Position numbers and translations under genes: made by a program. This document shows, piece by piece, positions 26,001 through 47,934 of a DNA stretch of 64,000 bases (position 1 is its first letter; each line of letters starts with the position of its first letter). Under the pieces are notes generated by a model. It saw only the letters and a program-made list of their open reading frames with translations, was not told the DNA's origin and did no database searches. The DNA is from Lingula anatina (lineage: Eukaryota; Animalia; Brachiopoda). Where the stretch lies: NCBI GenBank assembly GCA_051362555.1, contig CM120640.1:55840788-55904787 (forward strand). Direction: 5' to 3'.

Positions 26001-27512
26001 GTTACTAACATTGCAATGATGTCCGTGGTTATTTAAAAAAAAACTTAACCCTGTGATGATACTACATAATGATTTTAATTTTAACTTAAAAAATTACAAA
26101 TGATGCTATGAAATGCCTCGATGATTTGTTTTGAATGGGATTAAACAAATTGATTATTTATATCTAAACTTGAATTTTCTTTTTAAAGGAAACGGAGTTT
26201 AAAACAGCTGACGGTGACTATAGCACAAGAGGCTGTTTATTCATGGCCCCATCAAATCCAGATTGTCAAGGTATACTGCTGGCTAGTGAGATCATGACTA
26301 TGGACATTCCTGCTTTACTAGTTGTGCTCAGTTGTTGTGAAACGGGACTCGGGAAAATAACAGGTGATAAACATTTCGTATCTGCATTCTACATTGTATA
26401 CCCAGAGATACATAGTGCTGAATTTGTCACCTATAGTTTTCGTGGCATTATTGGAAGTGTCTGTAACGTGCCCTTTGTGTGCGTGCGTGCGTGTGTGTCT
26501 ATGCGTGTGTTTGTTTGTTGGTTACTGTGTCTGTGTTTCTTTCTCTGTGTGTGTGTGTGTGTGTGCGTGTGTGTGTGTGTTGGGGGGGGGGGAGCTCTTA
26601 GGAAAACACGTGAAAAATATATAAATTTTGGACCCATTATATATAAACACACAAACGCACACACTAACACACACTTGTTAGGCAGCTGTGAATTACAATG
26701 TAAATTGCCTTGCTTGATTATTCCTTGTTTTCTACAACTGAGTAACTGAGAACGTATTTATTTAATTCTCTCAAAAAAGGGCTGATTATAAGTCCCAAGT
26801 TAGCACATGTTTATTTAAGTAATGCAAAACATGTTTTAATCTCACACCAAGAGCAACTTTTATTGTGCTGTCTCTTTTTGTATAGCCGATGGCGTCCTGG
26901 GCCTGTATCGGGCGTTCTTAGTTGCTGGAACTGCGTCTGTTCTTGTTAGCCTTTGGAAGATAAAAGACAAAGCCACTTGTAAATTCATGACTTTCTTTTA
27001 TAAACAGTATAAGGTAAGCTGAAACAGATTCTATGCTAAACATAATTTCAACTCTTATTAAAATATGGCACGATTGATAAACATACAGCCCACGTCTGTT
27101 TGAGCTGTGATACCCTTCAACTGTATTATACCCTTCAAATGTATGATACCCTTCAAGTGTATGATTTCACTTGCGCCCCTTTTAACAGAGCTTAGTTTCT
27201 CGGTCAGTTTTCCCTGATGTGTGCTAATGCTTGCTTACGTAATATTTCATTTTGATGTGCCATGATAAAATGGGCTTCTAGTGATTTTCAGTTGGAGTAT
27301 GTAAAGAAAAGTTGCTTTTAAGGCATACATATGTATATTTAAATGTTAGACATATATTTACCTTAATTTTGGAAAACCGATTACTTCTGGTATTTCAGAA
27401 ACATGGAGACATTTCTTTAGCCCTACACGAGGCCATGTTGAAGATGCTGCAGCATCGCAAGTACCATAAGCCACACCACTGGGCTGCTTTTGCACTGATG
27501 GGGGCATCGTGA
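20065..27512 (+). CDS. TPR-CHAT caspase-like (clan CD) protease with TTC28-like architecture (about 966 aa, 15 coding exons)
   Basis: Exons 20065-20191, 20621-20733, 20881-21299, 21768-21955, 22136-22318, 22639-22764, 23504-23625, 23843-24383, 24603-24697, 25031-25208, 25400-25626, 25790-25954, 26189-26363, 26886-27013 and 27399-27512 join in frame (2901 nt). TPRs (AYGNLGTAH, ALNCLGKTF), SEIGRARAL, and CHAT motifs LTIIPQ..VPFAAL, IGNP..LPQLLGAEKEV, IHIAAH, LVVLSCCETGLG, VSLWKI and PHHWAAFALMG. Confidence 0.92.
27108..27165. repeat. Minisatellite, about 18-bp unit x3
   Basis: Unit (TG/TT)ATACCCTTCAAnTGTA repeated three times in the last CHAT intron. Confidence 0.75.
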
Positions 27513-28384
27513 TGGAAGATTAAATTGCACAAAGAGACTTTCGAAATATACATTTTTCGTTTGAGGAGAATTGCATGCAATGAAGTTTGGAGAGCAAATT
27601 AAATTAATAGAAAATATTCATTAGCGGGACCAAAATTGGTGTGATAAAAACAAACAGGTCAATAAAATATAGTTTACTAAGTAGATACCTTTTACGTGCA
27701 ATACACAGTCTGTAAGTTAGCAATGATTATCATGGGTACTGACAGTAATGTACAGCATTTCTAAGATCCGTTAAACCAATATTCAATATTATCAATTTTT
27801 TCAATATTTTGCAGTTCATTTCCCAGACATCATGTTCTACCTAACTATGAAAAACCTTAATATTAAAAGATAAGTTCAAAGTCCTGCTTAAAATATTTTT
27901 AAAAATAAACTGTTTGAATATCTGTATCGCAGGACAAGTTTATTGATGCAGTAATTTTTGGTTCTTTTTAACCCACAGTAGACATCGGTACAATTACTTT
28001 TAGATAAATGCAAGACCCTAAGGAATAAAATGTTACTTGTAGTTTGACTGCTGAAAAGTGGCAAAACTCTTAATGGCACAAAACCAAAATTAATGAAATG
28101 AGAAAAAAAATGTTTACGAAGGATGACAGTGGATGACGAAGGATGACAGTGCATGGCTGAAGATTGGAGTTTTTCTGTAGAAATTAAATTATGCATGAAA
28201 CCGATGGTAACATCGACATGGTACGTTCGTCTTAGTACATGTATATCATTCCCTCTCTGTGAAGAAGAGGTGCTTGCATTCCAACTATTATATATATATA
28301 TATATATACTTGACATTTAATATGGAATATTTTAGTTTCGAAGGTATGCCTAGGTAAAAATGCGTTCTTTTTTCAAAAAACTTC

Positions 28385-28701
28385 CAGGCCTACCCAACTA
28401 CCAGGCTCGGCACCGAATGATTCTGAATTCACCGGTAGATCAGACCAAACTACCCGTTTTCAAGGTGTGTTTCAGATCGCATTACACAGTATCAGACGCG
28501 ACACCGCTCTTGCCTAGTACGCGATGTGATAGTGACGATTCTCAGCGGGGTTGAAAAGCATTGCATCACCACTCAAAATTTGTTCAGGGTATGATACTGT
28601 GTAATGCGATCTGACACACACCTTGAAAACGGGTAGTGTTGTCTGATCTACCGGTGAATTCAGGATCATTCGGTGCCGAGTCTGGTAGTTGGGTAGGCCT
28701 G
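28385..28701. mobile_element. MITE (317 bp) with TIRs of about 110 bp and a 5-bp TSD
   Basis: CAGGCCTACCCAACTACCAG... versus ...CTGGTAGTTGGGTAGGCCTG, near-perfect inverted arms, flanked by ACTTC on both sides. Confidence 0.9.
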
Positions 28702-30172
28702 ACTTCTATCTCATATAAGATACGTGAATAGAGAAGTGTGTAGGCAGGTGTGTCGCTACCAATTAACTGAATGCCAGGTTTGTTGCGCTGCTGCATTATG
28801 TAATATGCAGTGATTTAATTGGATCGTGCTCCTGTGGGCAGGTCAAAGCTTGGCTTTGGCAAAGCATGGCTCTGTCAAAAAAGTATTCATATGTCAGCAA
28901 GTTCTGCATAGAAGAATTTGAAATTTTGCATGCAAGTGGTCGGTTTTGCAGTGTGTAAAATGAGCTACGCAGTGCTTTACAAATTTGTTAATATGTGGTA
29001 GAATGGCGCGAAAAAGACAGACATTACCAGACAGATAATTGCGCCAAACGAAACGGTCCTCAGTTTTATAGTGCAATGATCAGACTGATGTATCTACACA
29101 GGGGCCACACCCAATGTATTGAAATCTTACCACCAGAGTACAGGACTCACTTTCTTTCGGGGTATGCTGTTGCAACTAGACGAAACCCACCCCGTCCGTT
29201 CAGAATGAGGGGTAAATTGCCACCTGAACGCGTTTTTCAGGGTCTTAGCGAACACCAAACTGGTTTTAGCAGGTTAGAATACCACACGACCTCTGAGGAA
29301 GCCACAGTATACAGCAAAACATCGTTGTCTGTTTGCCTAATAAATCGGGGACCATGATCGTTTCTGAATAGAACACTGAAACCACGTGGCTTTTTTTCAT
29401 TGAGGTCAGATTTCACCAGATTTTCTTTCTAAAAAAACTTTTTGTATTAAGCTGTTTAATAAAATTCATTATATTTCTGGGAGTTGTTTACAATGCATTA
29501 ATTGTGAAATATGGAACTCATAGGCCCACGAAGATTTGTTTTCCCTTTAAATTTCACGGTAGTTTGCAGCCCAAAAATTCTCTGTAATCTAAGATATACT
29601 AGTATACTGTTTCATTTAAATGGACGTACACTGTATTTTAGAATCATTTTCCTTCATCATCTCCACACTTGCTCTGTTGAATGACGCCGTGACCTTTTCC
29701 TTTCCATAATATATAGGCCTATGCCCTTGCCACTTTCTGTCCTCACACAATATACAGCTGGATGTGTCCATCGATCAATTGTAGTCTCCGTATACACTGT
29801 AATTCCTTCATTGTCATTTTGGTGCATCTCTGGCGGATTTCGCAGGGGGGGGAGGGGTCAGGTGCTGACACCTCCCCCCTTCAATTTCTGAAAAAAAAAA
29901 ATCAGATTCACACCAATGCTCCCCTCTTCAAATGAGAATTTTGACTAACTGAATCATAGTTCTAAACCGTACCGTCCACTCTTTAATTTGCAAGGTCTGT
30001 TTTTAATTTTTTATTAGGCCTAGTCTACCAACAACGAACTGAAGCGCGAAGATAATGCGTTTGCTGTGCGCATTGATGTTCTCTCGCGTGAAATATCGAG
30101 ATCGGACAGCGCCATATTGTTTAGAGGTTGAAGCGTGATTCCAAAAATCGCAGTTCAACATTATTTACCAAA

Positions 30173-41668
<11,496 letters not shown>

Positions 41669-42425
41669 CACCTGAGGAACTCTGTTCTACTGTGAGACTT
41701 CAGCACAATTATAATGCTGTATTTTAACTGTTGAAGAGTACAAATATGAGACTTACAATTATGTTCATTAAAAGACACAAGGTTATGTCAGTGCAGAATC
41801 AAAGCAATGATAGAGAGAGTGGTTCATTTATTTTCAACATGTACATATTAGTTTTTTGGAAGGTCCTAACATTTTGCAGTGGAATAATTTCTTAATGACA
41901 ATCTCAAACGTAAAAAACGTAAATATTATGATTATGTACAGAAGGAAACTTTTGACCAAAAGTAAACATCTTAATACTTCAGTAGATGCTGGCTGAGAAT
42001 TTTATTATTTAAAACCCTCGTCACTGTTCTTCGTGATTTAATGGCCATTTAGATACGTATCATGTTGTGCTTACATAATTCTGTGTGAAACTACTGGGGT
42101 AGAGGGGCACAGCCACACACGTTGCAGCTGGGGTTGATTGTTGATCTACATTTTCGATTTTCTCATTGCTATATTATGACCAAAATAAATGGTTGTGGAA
42201 GTTTTGCATTTATTTTTTAATGAAAATTATTAAAAGTACAGTGTGCTTTTACCCTTCGGGATTTTTATCATCAAAAATCATTAAAGCCACTTCCGTGGCA
42301 GTTACAATTGCAATGTTAAATTATTCAATACCGTATTTGACTGAATGAGTTCACTATAACTGGAATGAGTCCAAAGAGTTCGCCACAAAAGATATACCAC
42401 AAAAGAATGCATACGTTATGTCAGT

Positions 42426-43475
42426 TTATTTGTTATCAAATTTATGCACCACAGCAATCCCGCCACCTTGTACTTTTTCAATAGTGTAATACCAGTTATC
42501 ATATCCCTCCTGGCGAAGCGGCTCTTTCAGATCATCCTCCAAGAGCTTTGGTGGGTGAGAACTACCTGCATCTTCACCATACTTGTGCATGGCGCGTCGA
42601 TAGATTTGTTCGACCAGCCCCAAAACTTCTATCGGGACTTTAGCGTCAAACGCTAGTTTCCTTCCAAGATCAAGATCTTTGCAGTGCAGTGCTATTTTGA
42701 ACCCTGGATCAAAGGACCCGTTAAACATGAGAGGTGCTTCAGTTTCGAAGACGAAGGAATTCCCAGCCGAGGCACGAATGCCATCAAAGAAAGCCTGCAG
42801 GTTGATTCCGTGCCTCTTGGCTATCATAGCTGACTCTCCTGCCACAACCATATGAACGGCACACAACATGTTGCTGATGACCTTGACGACGCTTGCGCTT
42901 CCTATCGGACCCATATACAACACAGTATCCGTATATGACCTAATAAGTGGCTCATACTTTTTCATGTCTTCGGTGTCCCCGCCGACAAAAACTGTCATGA
43001 GTCCAGCTTTTAAAAGCTCTAAGCCACCCGTTAACGGAGCCTCTAGCATTTTCAATCCCCTGTCCTGAGCTATGATTGCAAGGCGCTTAGTTTCGTCGGC
43101 GTCTGTAGTGGTATGGTCGATCCAGCAGGCGCCTTCCTTGATTTTAAAAAGGACGCCTTCTTCCTCCATAACCTGCCTTATGTGCGGTGGAGCTGGCAAA
43201 GCTGTAATCACCACCTCTTTCCCAGCCACGACTTCTGATGCGGTGTCCACCCATTTTGCTCCTTTCTCGGTCAATTCCTTGGCGTTCAGGGTACTTGGAT
43301 CCGTCACAGACACGCTGTGCCCGCCCCTAAGGAGGCCAAGAGCTACAGCACGCCCAACTTGCCCGGCTCCTATTACACCAACGTTAGCATTACTGACAGC
43401 CGATGTGCTAAACGATGGGCATTGGATTCTAACGACGCGTGTGGCAGCGCCCAAACGTATTAAACTTCTCAGCAT
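42426..43475 (-). CDS. Intronless NAD(P)-dependent beta-hydroxyacid dehydrogenase (3-hydroxyisobutyrate / tartronate-semialdehyde reductase family), copy 1, 349 aa
   Basis: Rossmann motif VGVIGAGQVG, substrate motif EAPLTGG (canonical DAPVSGG), catalytic KVISN and KDL. The Arg-rich, acid-free N-terminus resembles a mitochondrial transit peptide. Confidence 0.92.
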   Translation of the reverse strand: MLRSLIRLGAATRVVRIQCPSFSTSAVSNANVGVIGAGQVGRAVALGLLRGGHSVSVTDPSTLNAKELTEKGAKWVDTASEVVAGKEVVITALPAPPHIRQVMEEEGVLFKIKEGACWIDHTTTDADETKRLAIIAQDRGLKMLEAPLTGGLELLKAGLMTVFVGGDTEDMKKYEPLIRSYTDTVLYMGPIGSASVVKVISNMLCAVHMVVAGESAMIAKRHGINLQAFFDGIRASAGNSFVFETEAPLMFNGSFDPGFKIALHCKDLDLGRKLAFDAKVPIEVLGLVEQIYRRAMHKYGEDAGSSHPPKLLEDDLKEPLRQEGYDNWYYTIEKVQGGGIAVVHKFDNK

Positions 43476-46180
43476 TGTTAGTTTGGATGTGACAGTGCTC
43501 GCTGTATCCGAATTACAAGCGTCGTCACAGATGCTCTTAGATAACAGACCCTGGACGAGCAGCTAACCTGCCGTAGTAGGATTAGACAGTAAATGTTATC
43601 GGTCATCGATGTCAAAGGTCTCTGCGGATTTATCACGCGTGCACAACAAAGGGGCCGTTCACTGTTAATTTTGTCGACCTAGCTAATGCGCACTAACTCC
43701 GCGGGGACTTTCGCCAGTTTTGCTGAACGCAATCAAATTATCATACATTCACGCCTTCTCCAGGTGTGGAGCAGCACATAAAATAGCTGGTGATTACACG
43801 AATACGTATGAAACGAGGGGCGTATTAGTCTGTTAATCTGTTTGACTCCCCGTGGAGTTGGTGCGCATATGCTAGGTCGACAAAATTCATTGTGAACGAC
43901 CCCAAATACTTCGGCTCCAGCATTCAGTGCTGCCCCCTGTGGACATAGACTAACATGCTCCGCTTGCATGATGAGTTATGTAATATGTATCCGCGGCATT
44001 GAACCCCCAAGAATGTTAGCATATTTTTTTTCATGTTCATTTTGGTTTCAAAATCACCAGATGTGAGCTCGTTTTAAGTGGTATCGCATGCAAAAACAGG
44101 TCCACTACTTGGCATAAGTACATGTAGGTCACAATGACGGTGCCACAAAATTTAAGTGACACAAATAGAACCGGACGTCACACCAGTGTGACAGGAGTGG
44201 TAGTCCTCTGGGAACCGTGGTACGCTTCCAATTACTTTGTGCAGGTGACATTCGCCCCATAGCCTTACCCCAATACTTCGATTAACCCAAATCTGTACTT
44301 ATCATATGGGACCGCGGACTTCCCATTTCTAGGCCGGGGTTAAAATACTGTAAAATATACTGGTAATTTATGATTAAGGGATGTGCAGATTACCATATTG
44401 CAATGATACAATACCCCGCGCCCTGGGTATAAGAAGAACTTTATATTTAACATACACAAATGCATGATGATAATACAGTACAGTGGCTGAAACTCGGAAG
44501 TGCATGCGCAGTCCTGAGGCTGTGTGACAGATGTCCTACCACGTTACTTGCCATGGGACCGAACACACTGATAATCATTGCTGCATTGTATGCTTTACCC
44601 GCTAAGACAAGGCGTATTTATTCACGCCTATGTTTAGACGCTGTTTAATATCATTGTGTTTTATTTGGTGAACGATGAGACGTTTTTCTAAGCAAATTGA
44701 GCGCATGTTTATGATGATTTGCCCCGCACCCCACGATTTGATCGTTAAGAGCAATTCACCACCTGGCGTGGGCAGCTTTGTGACATTGCTGTAGTTGTGG
44801 CAGTGGGACAGTCATCACCAACAATGCGTTACGCTGATCGTCTAGTCTGGTTTATACATGTAGGCCTACATGTATGTCGTCAGAGACCACTGTTCTTGTA
44901 TTCCCGTTAATCCAAAACAAAATGCTAATGAAGCCGCCTTTATGTCCTTCAGTATTGTTACTGCGGGTCAACATAACTTCATAATTATTAATCTTTATGG
45001 GCGTTCACACACACACACACACACAAATCAATCTTTAATCTTGCTGAAGGGCAAAATCTTATAGGGTTCTTTGCAAATAGCGGAAAGTACTTTTCTAGTA
45101 GGGATGACAGCAAATAATTCTCTTCACATTATCGTCACTTTTACAAAATGTTCCTTTAGTCGTTAATGCACTTCACGTGTCTTTAGTGTTAAATTTGCAT
45201 TGTATAGCATATTCAAGCTCGGCAAACCCACCACGACTAATAATTTTCCTTTAATGGAGAAGGTATATCGCATTTGAGAGCTTTAACTCACATTAATTAT
45301 ACGCTTTTATGCTCATCGACTCCCTACCCCCAAACTTCCCTTAATGGTTTCACATAAGGCAGACAGAAGGGACTTTAAGCCAGGGCCCGCAGTAAACGAG
45401 TTCCTACTGAGCCCTTACTCAAAATGAGAGAGTTTGCATTGTAGTACCGTTCAAGCTTGGACGAATAAACACCCAAACCCAATATGGAGGTGCAAATGAT
45501 GTCACATGGTCTTAAAATATGTAGGCCTAGTGCAAACTATGCTTGATTATTTTAGGGTCCCAAATGAAGAAGTTTGTATCAAAGTTTTACTCTCCTGAAC
45601 CTCAATTGTGCGATCTATCGTCTAATCCCAAAAAGGAACATACGTAACTGTCACAAATGCAAAATGTCCAGCCGTGGAAACGTTTTACTCACTTTGAAAA
45701 TTCAGTCAATACTGGTTTTGTTCTTTAAATTATCTCCTACAAGTATAGCGATGTAAAAATTATTATATTCTTCTGTATAGAACAGTTCATTTTTTGACAG
45801 ACTTTTAGTTTGCTTGTCACTGAATATTTAAAATGGAGTAAAATACTCCCAACTGACAGTAAAATAAGCATTAAATAAACTATTTCCAATCCTTGGTCCA
45901 AATATTGTATCCGAAATGTCAAACTTTCGTGGATTCACAATATATTTTTCAGTCAGCAACAGAAAACCCTGTTTCCTATTGCACCAAGTACTTGGGCAAA
46001 TATAAAACTTAATGACAATTTTTCGTAGTATTAGCCATGACGCTAAGCCCCTTGAGTTACAGTGTAAATATTTATAAAAACATCTTTACGTCATGTATAA
46101 TTACCATGACTGAATCACTACAAAATACATCAGAACGCGATAAAAAAATTAAAATTATATGCCCCGGAACATACATTACC

Positions 46181-46816
46181 CACCCTGAGCTTCAGAGATA
46201 ACTTGACACTAACCTCTTCACAATAGCCTATCTTCATCGTGTCAAGTTACCTCTGACCACATTCGATTGCCCCCGCCGCCCGCCAATCAAATTTAAAGCC
46301 CGCACTCAATGACTCATTGAACGATTCTAGCCAATGAACGCGAACGAGTCAAAGCGCGCTTTGTTCAAATCCGGACCAATCAAAGATAAGGCAGCACGCA
46401 AAATACATCATCCCTCAGTAGATAATGATGCAGGGCCTCAAACTGCTCTGGTTTCAACTCCGATATACTCATATTTTGCAAAGAATCAAGAGATAACTTA
46501 ACACATTATTTTACGTAGTCACTCGTAGGAGACACCATGCTTTCTTTGTGTAGGGTTATGCACTCGGAACTACTCGGATGTCTCCGCACTCGACAATAAC
46601 TTTGTTGTTAGTATGGAGCTTGCGGAATCAGCCGAGGATTGCCGATTGACGATCAACCAATCAGCGTTTTCACCAAACTGGTGAAAAATTTTGAAACTTG
46701 GATTCGATTGGCTTATATAAACTAGGTCAAACTATTTTCGTCAGAGGTAACTTGACACGATGAAGATAGGCTATAGTGAAGAGGTTAGTGTCAAGTTATC
46801 TCTGAAGCTCAGGGTG
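46181..46816. mobile_element. MITE (636 bp) with TIRs of about 77 bp and an 8-bp TSD (hAT/P-like)
   Basis: CACCCTGAGCTTCAGAGATAACTTGACAC... / ...GTGTCAAGTTATCTCTGAAGCTCAGGGTG, nearly perfect, flanked by ACATTACC at 46173-46180 and 46817-46824. Confidence 0.92.
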
Positions 46817-47045
46817 ACATTACCGGAACATACGTTACAATTCAGGCTCTTTACATGATGTATAGACATAGTAAAAATACAATGTGGATGTAAAATTGAG
46901 ACAGCCGTGGATTACTTGTTCTATACACTTGTATGTTTAAAAAATTGAATACATAACAACTTCAAATTCATTCAATTTTATTTTTTGATACTTCGAGCAT
47001 GTGAAATGCACCTCTATATTGGGTTTATTTGTTTTATTCGTCCAA

Positions 47046-47297
47046 GACTGCGTTCCCATAAACCCGTCGTACTAGCAGGATCGGACTACTCGCTAAATTG
47101 CTTTCAGGGAAATCAGCGTGATGGTCTGGCACGCCCATTTGAGTAACTAGGGGGTAATTGACTATCGTTAATTACCCCATAGCAACTTGAGTAGGCGTGC
47201 CAGCTATTTAGGCCGCTTACACTGAATGCAATTCAGGGACAATCTCCACAGAGTTAGATCGATCCAGTAAGTACGATGGGTGTATGTGAAGGCTCTC
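47046..47297. mobile_element. Degraded fold-back MITE
   Basis: Imperfect palindrome along its length: CCCATAAACCCGTCGTACTAGCAGGATCG versus CGATCCAGTAAGTACGATGGGTGTATGTG, with a central hairpin CTGGCACGCC..GGGGTAATT/AATTACCCC..GGCGTGCCAG. A related relic lies at about 59995-60195. Confidence 0.6.
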
Positions 47298-47549
47298 CAA
47301 GATTCCAGGTAACATAGATAGATCGCTCAACTGAGGTTGCGTGATCTAAGTGATACAGTTATATTTTGAGAGATTCCACCATGAAATTACACTCCGGGGA
47401 CTTGGCTCCTTTTCACAAGTTCGCTTCTTGATCTGAAAGCAAGAGTTCATTTATTGGCCTGTAACTGCCAGTGACTGGAGCATATTTGTTCACAGGGCTT
47501 GCCATTCTGTTTAGATTTGTTACACAGGCTCTTCAACTCTAACCACCTA

Positions 47550-47628
<79 letters not shown>

Positions 47629-47934
47629 ATTTTGTCACACTTTCGTTTATTCCTCAATTATTCCTCATTGCTTGTTTATTCCTCATTTCTAGGGGCAGCA
47701 ATATCGAAGAATTTGTGACAATAAGTACAGTGCAGTGCACTTACAAATGATTATACCAGGATTTTTTGAAGAATGTCATCATTAATAAGGGTGAACATGT
47801 ATCATATTACTATTTTACAACATGTTTTAATACATTAATTATAAATATTAAAACAAGTTAATGACATATCTGTTGTTATTAGTAAGGGTACTGAAATAGC
47901 CCACGCCATTTAAGAGCGCATGCGTAATGTCAGT

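Noticed and set aside
20065-27512. Assigning the symbol TTC28
   Set aside because: The architecture is similar, but the protein is much shorter and orthology cannot be shown without a phylogeny.
28995-29357. 120-aa ORF between the CHAT gene and CDC5L
   Set aside because: Non-ATG start, with no domain or splice support.
43072-43566. 164-aa plus-strand ORF (and the similar 48752-49165)
   Set aside because: Antisense shadows of the dehydrogenase CDSs.
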